Source: Alphaproteobacteria bacterium (GTDB lineage Bacteria; Pseudomonadota; Alphaproteobacteria; UBA9219; RFNS01). Taken from it: a stretch of DNA of 64,000 nucleotides. The position numbers and the translations under genes are program-made. Of this stretch, positions 9,061-19,951 are shown piece after piece; within the stretch, counting starts at the first letter, position 1; every line of letters begins with the position of its first letter. The notes beneath the pieces were generated by a model. That model was given only the letters and a program-made list of their open reading frames with translations, did not search any database and had not been told where the DNA came from. The stretch lies in NCBI GenBank assembly GCA_037200005.1, contig JBBCGY010000001.1, positions 889,812 to 953,811 of the forward strand. The letters are read 5' to 3'.

Positions 9061-10839
9061 ATGACATGCCCGCCCCGGCGAAAGGAAGAGAACGTGAACG
9101 AGACCACGCGCGTGGCAGGCATCGAGACCGACGGGAAGAGCCAGCAGGTCAATCCCCGGCACTATGAACTTGCTCGCGCGGAGCAGGCGGTTCACCGCGC
9201 TCGCGGGCGCCATTTAAGCATCGACGACATATTGAAGCGCAATGGCTTTGCCGAAAGCAGCAAGGCCAAGGAAAACGCCACCCGCACCCGCGACGATCTG
9301 ACGATGCAAGCCTTGCGGCTGTATATACCCGCCGCGACCCAGGCGGCGATGGGAATTTGTCTTATGGGATTGAGCGGCGGCGTGTTGCGCATCGCCGTGG
9401 GCGACCGTTTGCACCAGGAAGACATGGATCGCCTTACGGCGGTGCTGACGACTGCGCGCCGCAAGGTCGAGCGCGTTGAAATAGAGCCGTGGGATCGTGC
9501 CGAGCTGACTCGTCTGATGCGCGAGCAATCGGAAATGCCCGGCGAGCGGCTGCTGCGGATATTCTCCAGCCTCAGCCGCGATTCCGACGATTCGACGCTG
9601 ATCGAACAGGCGGTGCATGACATTCTGGCCGAAGCCTTGCAGAGCCGCACCTCGGATATCCATATGACGCTGCAGGACGACGACGTGCGCTGCTGGGTGC
9701 GCTATCGCGTCGACGGCGATCTCGTCTACAAGCACTTGCTTCCGAACCGGGTGATGGCGCCGATCGTCACGCGTATCAAGACCGACGCTAAAATGGACGC
9801 TGCCGACCGCCAGCATCCGCAAGACGGACGCCTCACTTTCGAGTGGCAGGGACGCATGATCGACGTGCGCGTCGCCTGCCTGCCGGTCGCGCCCTCGGGC
9901 GAGAAAATCACGATGCGTCTTCTCGATCGCGAAAATTTGCGCAGCTTCGACGAGCTGTTCAATCACTCGGAAGTGGTGGCCGCCCGCCTTCGCCGCACCC
10001 TGCACGGCCATGTCAAGGACGGCGGCTTGATCGTGGTGTCGGGTCCCACCGGGTCGGGCAAGTCCACGACGCTGTACGGAATCATTCAGGACATCGACCG
10101 CACCGCCAAGGCCGTTTATTCGGTCGAGGCGCCGGTCGAATACGACATGCCTCTGGTCGACCAGACTTCCGTCACCGACAATTCCGCCAACACGATCGCC
10201 GATATTATCCGCGCCTTTATGCGGCATGATCCCGACGTCATCATCGTCGGCGAAATGCGCGATGGCGATACCGTCGAGGCCGCGTTGCGCGCCACGGAGT
10301 CCGGGCATCTCGTCATCACGACCGTTCACGCCGTCGACGCCTTGCATACGCTTGACCGTATCGACGGCTTTTTGAGTTCGGCGTATCGCACCAGCGGATT
10401 GTATATTTTGGGGCATGCGCTGGTGGCCAGCCTGTCGCAGCGTCTCGTGAAAACCGTATGCCCGTCCTGCCACCGCACCGCGCGCGCGGGCGAAGTCTAT
10501 ACAGGAGAGCTGCGGTGCGAGGATTTGGGACTCGATCCCGACGAGGATGTCGGACTGGCCAATCCGGAAGGGTGCGATCTTTGCCATCACCGCGGCTTCT
10601 TCGGCCGGGCGTTGGCGCTTGAAGCCATGTTCCCTCCCGAAGATCAAAGCAGCCGGCGGGCCATCACCGAAATGCTCGTGTCCAACGTTTCGAACTCCAT
10701 TACCGACATCCCGGGCACGATTTACATGCCGCGGCGGGATTCGATCCGCGATCTTATCAGACGCAAGGCCGTGGACGCTCATATGGGCGCGGCGCTTCTG
10801 ATTGAAGAAGCGGCCACCCGTAGTTCGCGGGGGCGCTAG
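9061..10839 (+). CDS. Type II secretion/type IV pilus assembly ATPase (GspE/PilB family)
   Basis: GspE N1 domain, Walker A GPTGSGKSTT, Asp/His boxes (DPDVIIVGEMRD, HLVITTVHA). C-terminal tetracysteine CPSC...CDLC. An alternative GTG start at 9094 is preceded by AGGAAG. Confidence 0.9.
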   Translation: MTCPPRRKEENVNETTRVAGIETDGKSQQVNPRHYELARAEQAVHRARGRHLSIDDILKRNGFAESSKAKENATRTRDDLTMQALRLYIPAATQAAMGICLMGLSGGVLRIAVGDRLHQEDMDRLTAVLTTARRKVERVEIEPWDRAELTRLMREQSEMPGERLLRIFSSLSRDSDDSTLIEQAVHDILAEALQSRTSDIHMTLQDDDVRCWVRYRVDGDLVYKHLLPNRVMAPIVTRIKTDAKMDAADRQHPQDGRLTFEWQGRMIDVRVACLPVAPSGEKITMRLLDRENLRSFDELFNHSEVVAARLRRTLHGHVKDGGLIVVSGPTGSGKSTTLYGIIQDIDRTAKAVYSVEAPVEYDMPLVDQTSVTDNSANTIADIIRAFMRHDPDVIIVGEMRDGDTVEAALRATESGHLVITTVHAVDALHTLDRIDGFLSSAYRTSGLYILGHALVASLSQRLVKTVCPSCHRTARAGEVYTGELRCEDLGLDPDEDVGLANPEGCDLCHHRGFFGRALALEAMFPPEDQSSRRAITEMLVSNVSNSITDIPGTIYMPRRDSIRDLIRRKAVDAHMGAALLIEEAATRSSRGR

Positions 10840-10842
10840 GGC

Positions 10843-12066
10843 ATGAAACTCTATCACGCCAAATATGCGCAGCCTCTTCCTGGCGGCACGGTGACCATCC
10901 GGGAGGAGGATTTTTATCTGCCCGACGTGATCTCGGTGCGGCGGCAGTTGCGCGGACGCGGCCTGTGGCCGATCAAGATTCTCGAGCAAAAACCGCCTGC
11001 CTTCGAATGGCTGGATGTCCGCAGCCGCGAGTGGCAGAAGCAGTTGCTGCGCGCCCTGCGGTTTCAGACGGCGACCGCTTCGGCCGGCACGGCGCTTTTG
11101 AACATCATCGAAGGCGAGGCCGATGCCCGCCGCCGCATGGTGTTTCTGCCTGCGCGAACGGTGCTGAAGGGAGGCGGTTCTTTCTCCGACGCCCTGAAGT
11201 CCCTGAAGCTTATGGACGCCGCGACGATGGCGATCATCGTCTCGGGCGAGCGCGCCGGAGATTTGAAGGGCGTCATCCAGCATGCCATGCAGCATGTCGA
11301 GGAGAAAGGCAAGCAGACCAAAGTGGTGCTCGCCGCGCTCAGCTGGATGGCGTTCGACATATCCAACGTCATTTCCGCGCTGTGGGGCGCGCAGTTCGGC
11401 TTCATCCCCTATTTGCGCGCCAACGCGCCCACGAACACCACGCCCGAGCAGATGCAGAAGCTGGAGACGGCCATCACGCGCGCCTCGTGGATCAATGGTT
11501 CTCTCATCGTCATCACGACCGCCGTGATCGGCGGCGCGATCGTGCTGGCCGCGGCGTTCTGGATGAACCGGCACAAAGCCGACCATCTGGCGGCGCGCCT
11601 TGTCATGAGGGTGCCGCTGTTCGGCGAGTATCTGCGGAATTCGGCGCTGTTCGACACTTGCCGCCTGATAGCCAGGCTCTTGAACGGCAAGGTGCCGCTC
11701 GATGAGGCGCTCAAGATCATCATCGAAACCACCATCGAGCCTTCGGCGCGCAGCTATTGGCGCGAATGCAGAAGCCGTATCATGAAGGGCATCGAGCCGA
11801 GCAAGGCTCTGGCGCGCTGGCCTCTCACCAAAGGCGAACGCGACCAGATTGCGACCGTGCAGTCGGTCGATCAGCTTACCGAAGTCTATGAGGCCATTGC
11901 CGCCGAACGGCAATTGATGGCGAAGGCAACGCAGCGGCGCATCGTCGTCAGCGGCGTGGCCTGCATGATGACGTTGTTCGGCGCCGTGGTTCTTACGATG
12001 ATCTATCTGCTCATGATCCAGAATTCCGGGTTCATGGACAGCTTGCAGGGAATGCGCGAAGGATAA
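10843..12066 (+). CDS. Inner-membrane platform protein (GspF/PilC family)
   Basis: Two T2SSF-like repeats (ERAGDLKGVIQHAMQHVEEKGKQ; GKVPLDEALKIIIE). Three TM segments. Start 4 nt after the ATPase stop. Confidence 0.85.
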   Translation: MKLYHAKYAQPLPGGTVTIREEDFYLPDVISVRRQLRGRGLWPIKILEQKPPAFEWLDVRSREWQKQLLRALRFQTATASAGTALLNIIEGEADARRRMVFLPARTVLKGGGSFSDALKSLKLMDAATMAIIVSGERAGDLKGVIQHAMQHVEEKGKQTKVVLAALSWMAFDISNVISALWGAQFGFIPYLRANAPTNTTPEQMQKLETAITRASWINGSLIVITTAVIGGAIVLAAAFWMNRHKADHLAARLVMRVPLFGEYLRNSALFDTCRLIARLLNGKVPLDEALKIIIETTIEPSARSYWRECRSRIMKGIEPSKALARWPLTKGERDQIATVQSVDQLTEVYEAIAAERQLMAKATQRRIVVSGVACMMTLFGAVVLTMIYLLMIQNSGFMDSLQGMREG

Positions 12067-12080
12067 AAACAAGGATAAAA

Positions 12081-13112
12081 ATGCTGCAGGCTCTTCTCAA
12101 AGAAAAAATGTCCCATGTCGCCGGAAAAGCGCGGCGGGTCGCGGCGTCGATCGAAACCGCCGCCGCGCCCTCGTCCGTCGAAGAGACCGCCGTCACGACC
12201 TCCGGAGGTTTCTTCGGCGGCCAGGTGGCGCTGGACGATTTCTTCATTCCCGGCGAGCTGGTCGGCGGCGCATGTCCGCGCGTGCGCGGCCAGGAACGGG
12301 AAATTGCCTGGCATGCGGCGGCGGAGGCTTGCGATAGCGAGCGCCTGCACATGGTATGGAGCGCGACCGAAGACAGGGTATGGTATCTGGCGGCGCGTTC
12401 CGCGGAATTCGCTTCCAAGCCGTTTACCTGGTGCCCGTTCGCTTCGCTGCTGCCCGGCATGAAAGACGCGACGCCGGGGATGGTTTGCTACGCGTATTAT
12501 TCCGACGAAGCGGCGACGATGATGACGGTGTCGTCGGACACGCTGCAAATTCACCGCGGCACGCCCGCCGTCGTCCGCGCCAAGACCGAGCGGGTCATAC
12601 GCGAACTGGGCGACGCCGCTTCCATCGAAATCGATCCTGAGATGGTCATGGGGCTTACGCCGGTCGCATGGTATTCGGTCTCGCTGTTCGAAGACCGGGC
12701 CAGGCGCTTGCTTACGCTGGTGTCCGTCGCCGCGGCGATGCTGTGCCTGACGGTCGCCTTTCTGGTCTGGCTGATTGCTTCGCTTTCCATCGTGTCCCAC
12801 CGCAGCAATCTCGAGGCGGTTCAGACGCGCACCCAGGAAAGAACCATGCAGCTCATGCAATCGGTCGAAAAGCTTCGCGCCAGCGTCATGCGCGACCAGA
12901 TCGCGCGTTTCACCGAGCTTAACGAAGGTTTGGTGCAGGTCGGCGGATGGCTTAAATTTTATCAGATCAAGAGCAATGCCGTGCGCTGGCGCGCTTTGCT
13001 GCCCGTCAACGTGACCGGCGACAGGATCAAGGAATTGGGCGGCAAGCTTCTGGATACCAAAGAACAGGGCGTGCTGGTCGGAACCGATAAACTGACCCCT
13101 GACGGCAAATGA
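12081..13112 (+). CDS. Bitopic assembly protein: cytoplasmic domain, single TM, periplasmic coiled coil (GspL / PilM-PilN-like)
   Basis: About 185-aa cytoplasmic N-domain, TM helix LLTLVSVAAAMLCLTVAFLVWLIASLSIV, periplasmic helical region. Position follows the platform gene. The family assignment is inferred from topology, not from motifs. Confidence 0.4.
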   Translation: MLQALLKEKMSHVAGKARRVAASIETAAAPSSVEETAVTTSGGFFGGQVALDDFFIPGELVGGACPRVRGQEREIAWHAAAEACDSERLHMVWSATEDRVWYLAARSAEFASKPFTWCPFASLLPGMKDATPGMVCYAYYSDEAATMMTVSSDTLQIHRGTPAVVRAKTERVIRELGDAASIEIDPEMVMGLTPVAWYSVSLFEDRARRLLTLVSVAAAMLCLTVAFLVWLIASLSIVSHRSNLEAVQTRTQERTMQLMQSVEKLRASVMRDQIARFTELNEGLVQVGGWLKFYQIKSNAVRWRALLPVNVTGDRIKELGGKLLDTKEQGVLVGTDKLTPDGK

Positions 13113-13122
13113 TGGAGTCGGC

Positions 13123-13677
13123 ATGAAAGCCATGGGAAACATATCCGACCTGTTGTCTCCTCTCCTTATCGCCAAGGTATTGCGGTCGCTTGACCGCACG
13201 GCGATGGTGATGATGATCGTCGCCTGGTCGGCGGCGATGGGGATGATGGGAATCGCGATTTACACCGTCAAGACGGCGGGCCGCACCAGCCAGCAGGCCG
13301 AAGCCGCCGCCGCGCTGGAACCGGTGGTGCCGACTATGCAGCGGACGGCATTGCCCCGCGCCGACCTGGAAAAACTGGCCGACCGGCTTGCCTCGCGCTA
13401 TCGCGGGGTATCTTTCGTGGCGACCCCGGATAACACCCTGGATATTGCGAACAGCGAGCCCAACAATTTCATGGACTGGCTGGCCTCGCTCAGTTATCTC
13501 GACACGATCGCGCCGGAGGCGCGATGGACGATCCGCGACCTGTGCATCGGCAGCGAATGCGGCCAGGCGCTCATGCGGGCCAGAATCGTGGGAGAACGGG
13601 TCACATTTAAAGCGCCCGCCCAGCCGGATCTGGAAAATATCGGTGGCGACGGGGAATCCGCTCCCGCCAAGCCATAA
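13123..13677 (+). CDS. Bitopic N-in single-TM periplasmic protein (GspM/PilO-like)
   Basis: TM helix AMVMMIVAWSAAMGMMGIAIYTV near the N-terminus, about 130-aa periplasmic domain. Position follows the L-like gene. Confidence 0.35.
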   Translation: MKAMGNISDLLSPLLIAKVLRSLDRTAMVMMIVAWSAAMGMMGIAIYTVKTAGRTSQQAEAAAALEPVVPTMQRTALPRADLEKLADRLASRYRGVSFVATPDNTLDIANSEPNNFMDWLASLSYLDTIAPEARWTIRDLCIGSECGQALMRARIVGERVTFKAPAQPDLENIGGDGESAPAKP

Positions 13678-13936
13678 TTGATGCTCATGCGCTAGCAATT
13701 TTGTCACACTTGCGTTCAATTCTAGATTGGCTGCGCGCGATACGATTATTTAGGGTAGTATTCCGAACAGGAGTTCTTAATGATCGTCTGGTATGATTCA
13801 ACTCGGCAATTTGCTTAACTTAGTCTTAACCTAAGAACCGTAATACATGTGCGTTACGGCTTATGCGGTTTTGGCAAGGTGAGCGATTGCTGCTACTCCA
13901 GGACGATTGGTGCCTGGAACATAAGGGGAGATAAAA

Positions 13937-14611
13937 ATGCAAAACAAGAACGTCTCGCGGCTTCCTAAGGACGCCGGTATCGCTATCGGCCCTATCCTGT
14001 TCGTGGTAGCCATCCTTGGCATTCTGGCCGCGGCGATCGCGGCGGGCAGCGGCTCCTTCACGGGAAGCAGCGCTTCAGAATCCAGCAAAACCAAGGCGGC
14101 CGCGCTGATCGACATGGGGCAAAACCTCAAGGTCGGCGTCGATAGGATGCTTGGCCTCGGTTATGACGGCGGAACCACCTCGGGCACGTCCATAGACATT
14201 AATCCGGTCAATACATCCGGCGACGACGATTTATTCTCGCCGTCAGGCGGAGGAATCAGCGCGCCATCGGTAGCCATGGCCAACACGCCATCCACCGATA
14301 GATGGAACTATTCCAGGCATATTGTCACTAATATGGGAAGTGCAACAGCCACGACCGGCCGGGATCTTACGGCGTTTATACGGATCGCGGCGACCGTGTG
14401 CAATCAAGTCAACGTCAAGGTTGTTGGCGCTCCGGCGACTTTGGATGTGACCACGAACGTCAACTATGCGGCAGACGCCGGCAATCTTGCGACGGATGAA
14501 GATGGAAATTGGGCGCCGGCGCTTGCAGGGCAGATGACGGGCTGTTTCAAGAATACCGCCTCCGCTCCTTGGGACGGATACTGGTACTATCAGGTTCTCG
14601 CCATCCAATAG
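13937..14611 (+). CDS. Pilin-like protein: basic leader, 23-aa hydrophobic N-terminal segment, C-terminal Cys pair. Possible type IVb-class major pilin without Glu5.
   Basis: MQNKNVSRLPKDAG then IAIGPILFVVAILGILAAAIAAG. Cys residues about 50 aa apart near the C-terminus (TVCNQ...TGCFK), resembling a pilin D-region. Strong RBS AAGGGGAG. Confidence 0.5.
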   Translation: MQNKNVSRLPKDAGIAIGPILFVVAILGILAAAIAAGSGSFTGSSASESSKTKAAALIDMGQNLKVGVDRMLGLGYDGGTTSGTSIDINPVNTSGDDDLFSPSGGGISAPSVAMANTPSTDRWNYSRHIVTNMGSATATTGRDLTAFIRIAATVCNQVNVKVVGAPATLDVTTNVNYAADAGNLATDEDGNWAPALAGQMTGCFKNTASAPWDGYWYYQVLAIQ

Positions 14612-14628
14612 GCGAAACGCGAACCCTC

Positions 14629-14672
14629 AGCCGCCATTCCTGCATGCAGCGGGGATGGCGGTTTCTTTTTGG
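14629..14672 (+). terminator. Rho-independent terminator after the pilin-like gene
   Basis: Hairpin CCGCCATTCC...GGGATGGCGG followed by TTTCTTTTT. Confidence 0.6.
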
Positions 14673-14801
14673 GCCTGCGCTGCCTTAAGGCATGGATTAA
14701 CCACAACCGCCTAATCACCCCGCAATTTACAACCAAGGCTTCGATGTGCTAACAGCATGATCGGCGCCGCCTTGTAAAATTGCGGGCGTTCGCGCCTCCG
14801 G

Positions 14802-15758
14802 ATGATATTGACGAGTCCTGACCCTAAGTTGAGCATCATGAGCGTTTCTGCATTGAAAAAATCAGGGAAAAAATGGGGCCGCGCGGCTCTCCTGGCGGCG
14901 TTTTTTATTCTCTCGCGCGCCGCTTCCGCATTTGCCGCGCCCGAGCCGTGGGGCATCGGGATGCAGTCGGGTATCTCGCCTCTGCGCGACCGCATGGATG
15001 ATTTTCATAATCTGCTGCTTTATGTCATTTTCGGCATCGTGATTTTTGTTCTGGGCCTGCTGGTTTACGTGATTTTTCGCTTCAACGCCCGCGCCAATCC
15101 GACGCCCAGCAATTTCGCCCATAACACGCCGCTTGAAATCGTTTGGACCGTCATTCCGATCATTATTCTCGCGGTTATCTCGGTGCCCTCCATTCAATTG
15201 CTGTATTTCGGCGACAAGCTTGCCAAGCCGGACATGACGCTCAAAATTACCGGGCACCAATGGTACTGGTCCTACGAATATCCCGATCACGGCAATATCG
15301 CGTTCGATGCCCGTCCGATCTGGGATAGCTCCGCGACCACCAGCGAGCAGGCGGCGGAGCTTCTCAAGGATGCCTCTCCGAAATGGCTGATCCCGACCGC
15401 CGAGCCGCTCAGAATGCTGGAGACCGACAATCGGCTGGTGCTGCCGGTAGGCGTGAATATCAGGCTATTGTTTACCGGCGCGGACGTGATCCATTCATGG
15501 CTGGTGCCGTCGCTCGGCGTGCAGGAAGCGGCCATTCCCGGCAGGCTCGGCGAACGATGGGTCAAGGCTGACCGCGAGGGCATTTATTATGGGCAGTGCA
15601 CCCTCATCTGCGGCGCGGGACACGGCTATATGCCGATTGTCATCGAGGCGGTTTCGCCGGAGCGTTTCGCCGCCTGGGTCAAGACCAAGCATGATCAAGC
15701 GGACGGCGGCGCCGGGCTGGAGCCCGGCGGCATCCGGCTCGCGCGCATGAGCAAGTGA
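14802..15758 (+). CDS. coxB: Cytochrome c oxidase subunit II
   Basis: CuA site CTLICGAGHGYMP, WYWSYEYPD, signal peptide. Alternative start at 14838 (MSVSAL). Confidence 0.9.
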   Translation: MILTSPDPKLSIMSVSALKKSGKKWGRAALLAAFFILSRAASAFAAPEPWGIGMQSGISPLRDRMDDFHNLLLYVIFGIVIFVLGLLVYVIFRFNARANPTPSNFAHNTPLEIVWTVIPIIILAVISVPSIQLLYFGDKLAKPDMTLKITGHQWYWSYEYPDHGNIAFDARPIWDSSATTSEQAAELLKDASPKWLIPTAEPLRMLETDNRLVLPVGVNIRLLFTGADVIHSWLVPSLGVQEAAIPGRLGERWVKADREGIYYGQCTLICGAGHGYMPIVIEAVSPERFAAWVKTKHDQADGGAGLEPGGIRLARMSK

Positions 15759-17360
<1,602 letters not shown>

Positions 17361-17378
17361 TCGGTTGCGCAGGATATC

Positions 17379-18302
17379 GTGATATCGAGAAATGCCACCA
17401 TATTAACCCCGCCCTTCGCCGTTGCATCCGGCGGCGAAGCGACGCTCGGCGATTATTTCGCGCTGCTCAAGCCGCGCGTCATGTCGCTGGTGGTCTTCAC
17501 CGGCGTCGTGGGCATGGCGCTGGCGCCGGGCCATATCCATCCGGTGCTGGGCCTGATCGCGATCCTGTGTATCGCCATGGCTTCGGGCGGCAGCGGCGCG
17601 GTGAATATGTGGTACGACCGCGATATCGACGCGGTGATGCAGCGCACGGCGGGCCGTCCGATCCCTTCGGGAAAAATCGCGCCGCACGAGGCGATAGAAA
17701 TCGGTAGCATGCTGATTTTGGCTTCGGTCGGGCTGATGGGCCTCGCCACTAATTGGGCGGCAGCGGCGCTGCTCGGCTTCGCGGCAGCTTTTTATATATT
17801 CGTTTACACCATGGGATTGAAGCGGCGGACGCCGCAGAACATCGTTATCGGCGGCGCGGCGGGCGCTTTTCCGCCGATGATCGGCTGGGTGGCGGTCACG
17901 GGCGACGTGAGCTGGATGCCGGTGATTTTGTTCCTGCTGATCTTCTTTTGGACGCCGCCGCATTTCTGGGCGCTGGCCCTTTATCGCAGCGGCGATTACG
18001 CGCGCGCAGGCGTGCCGATGCTGCCGGTCGTCGCCGGAGCGCGCGCGACGAAGCTGCAGATGCTGCTTTATACGCTGGCGCTGCTGCCGCTGGCGCTCGC
18101 GCCCGTGATGATGGGACAAGCCGGATGGATTTACGGCGGCGGCGCGGCTTTGCTCGGCGCGATGTTCGTCATTCATGCCGTGCGGGTCTGGTTCGACGAA
18201 ACCGAGCGCAGCCCCCGCGCCATGTTCAAATTCTCGCTGATCTATCTGGCTGGATTATTCGCGCTGCTGCTGATCGATCATTGGATCGGAGCGGCGGCAT
18301 GA
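17379..18302 (+). CDS. ctaB: Protoheme IX farnesyltransferase (heme O synthase)
   Basis: UbiA-family polytopic protein. Conserved position after coxA. Confidence 0.9.
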   Translation: MISRNATILTPPFAVASGGEATLGDYFALLKPRVMSLVVFTGVVGMALAPGHIHPVLGLIAILCIAMASGGSGAVNMWYDRDIDAVMQRTAGRPIPSGKIAPHEAIEIGSMLILASVGLMGLATNWAAAALLGFAAAFYIFVYTMGLKRRTPQNIVIGGAAGAFPPMIGWVAVTGDVSWMPVILFLLIFFWTPPHFWALALYRSGDYARAGVPMLPVVAGARATKLQMLLYTLALLPLALAPVMMGQAGWIYGGGAALLGAMFVIHAVRVWFDETERSPRAMFKFSLIYLAGLFALLLIDHWIGAAA

Positions 18303-18427
18303 CGCAGGACGAAAGAAGCGTAGTTGCCGCGCGGCGCTTGCGGGCGCGCAACTGGGCGGTGCTGGGAATTCTGGCGGCGTTCGTCATCGCCATTTACGCC
18401 ATCACGATCATCAGGGTTCACCATTAA
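18299..18427 (+). CDS. Small single-TM protein between ctaB and ctaG (CoxF-like small ORF)
   Basis: ATGA overlap with the ctaB stop and TAATG overlap with the ctaG start. Encodes MTQDERSVVAARRLRARNWAVLGILAAFVIAIYAITIIRVHH. Confidence 0.35.
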   Translation: MTQDERSVVAARRLRARNWAVLGILAAFVIAIYAITIIRVHH

Positions 18428-19011
18428 TGCCCGGCGATAAAAATATTCGCATGGCGATGAAGCTGACGGCGCTGGTCGTCGCGATGATCGCTCTGTCGTT
18501 CGCCGCCGTGCCGCTTTACGATGTGTTCTGCAAGGCGACGGGCCTCGGCGGCACGACGCAGCGCGCGGCGAAAGCTCCCGAGAACGCGGCTGAAACCCGG
18601 ACCGTCACCGTAACCTTCAACGCCGATGTCGCGCCTGGCCTGCCTTGGGAATTCAAGCCGGAAACGGCGTCGATGCCGGTTCGAGCCGGGCAGGCGGCCA
18701 TGGTAAAATTCCGCGCCAAAAACCTGTCCGACCGCCCATTGGTCGGCACGGCGGTGTATAACGTCCAGCCTGGCAAGGTGGGCCTGTATTTCAACAAGGT
18801 GGAATGCTTCTGCTTCCAGGAGCAGATGCTGCAGCCGGGGCAGGAGGCCGAATTTCCGGTGACGTTCTTCCTCGATCCCGACATGGCCAAGGATAAAAAA
18901 TTGGATGATGTGCAGGTCGTCACATTGTCCTATACTTTTTTCCTGGCGAAGGATCAAAGCAAGGCCAAGCTGGCGCAGAGCAACGCGCCGGCGCAGATTA
19001 ATCAGAATTGA
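18427..19011 (+). CDS. ctaG: Cytochrome c oxidase assembly protein CtaG/Cox11
   Basis: Copper-binding CFCF motif (KVECFCFQEQ), single N-terminal TM. Confidence 0.9.
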   Translation: MPGDKNIRMAMKLTALVVAMIALSFAAVPLYDVFCKATGLGGTTQRAAKAPENAAETRTVTVTFNADVAPGLPWEFKPETASMPVRAGQAAMVKFRAKNLSDRPLVGTAVYNVQPGKVGLYFNKVECFCFQEQMLQPGQEAEFPVTFFLDPDMAKDKKLDDVQVVTLSYTFFLAKDQSKAKLAQSNAPAQINQN

Positions 19012-19023
19012 TGCGAGGTTTTC

Positions 19024-19866
19024 ATGAGCGCAGAATCCCCTCACTATGAAGACAGCGGCCTGCCGCAGCCCTATCATTTGGTGAAGCCGTCGCCCTGGCC
19101 GATGGTCGGCGCTCTGGCCGCCGGAATGCTGGCCGCCGGCATAGTCTTGTTCATGCATAAGGTGAAGCTGGACGGATTCGAGATCGGCGCGAAGGGCATA
19201 TTGGTCGGCCTCGCGGCGGTTCTGGCCGTCATGTTCGTCTGGTGGCGCGACGTGATCCGTGAGTCGGTGGTCGAACGCGCGCATTCGCCGATCGTCAAAA
19301 TCGGCCTGCGTTACGGCATGGCGCTGTTCATCGCTTCCGAAGTCATGTTCTTCGCGGCCTTTTTCTGGGCCTATTTCAACAGCGCGCTATTTCCCAATGA
19401 GCATATCGGCGGCGTCTGGCCGCCCGCGAATATCAAAACCTTCAACCCGTTCGACATGCCGTTCATGATGACGCTGATCCTGCTGCTTTCGGGCACGACG
19501 GTCACCTGGGCGCACCATGCCGCCATCGAGGGCGACCAGCGCGGCATGAAGCGGGCGCTGGCCTGCACGGTCGGGCTTGGCGTGCTTTTTTCCTGCTTCC
19601 AGGCGTTCGAGTATCATCACGCCACCTTCACTATCAAGGACGGCATTTTCGGCTCGACCTTCTACATGGCGACCGGTTTCCATGGTCTGCATGTCATCAT
19701 AGGAACGATTTTCCTTGCCGTATGCTGGTGGCGCGCGGCCAAGGGGCACTTCACGCCGGAAAGCCATTTCGGGCTGGAAGCCGCCGCCTGGTACTGGCAT
19801 TTCGTGGACGTCGTATGGCTGTTCCTGTTCACGTCGGTTTATATTACCGACTGGTATCATCACTGA
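19024..19866 (+). CDS. coxC: Cytochrome c oxidase subunit III
   Basis: 7-TM CoxC family (FHGLHVIIGTIFLAVCWWR, WYWHFVDVVWLFLF). Confidence 0.9.
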   Translation: MSAESPHYEDSGLPQPYHLVKPSPWPMVGALAAGMLAAGIVLFMHKVKLDGFEIGAKGILVGLAAVLAVMFVWWRDVIRESVVERAHSPIVKIGLRYGMALFIASEVMFFAAFFWAYFNSALFPNEHIGGVWPPANIKTFNPFDMPFMMTLILLLSGTTVTWAHHAAIEGDQRGMKRALACTVGLGVLFSCFQAFEYHHATFTIKDGIFGSTFYMATGFHGLHVIIGTIFLAVCWWRAAKGHFTPESHFGLEAAAWYWHFVDVVWLFLFTSVYITDWYHH

Positions 19867-19951
19867 GTTTCCGGCTGAAAGTAATACGCGGCTTGCCTTT
19901 TTCCGGCCGCGTTATGTAGATTGCCGTGGTTCGTATATTAAGGAGACATAG

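Noticed and set aside
9214-12072. 952-aa minus-strand ORF spanning the pilus ATPase and platform genes
   Set aside because: Antisense to two well-supported plus-strand genes. Arg/Gly/Ala-rich low-complexity translation typical of spurious ORFs on the opposite strand of high-GC coding DNA.
12003-13199. 398-aa minus-strand ORF over the GspL-like and GspM-like genes
   Set aside because: Antisense high-GC artefact. The plus-strand genes have RBSs and operon context.
13680-13936. Possible sigma-54 (-24/-12) promoter upstream of the pilin-like gene (TGGCAAGGTGAGCGATTGC)
   Set aside because: GG and GC elements are 14 nt apart instead of the required 10. No acceptable TGGCAC-N5-TTGC match found.
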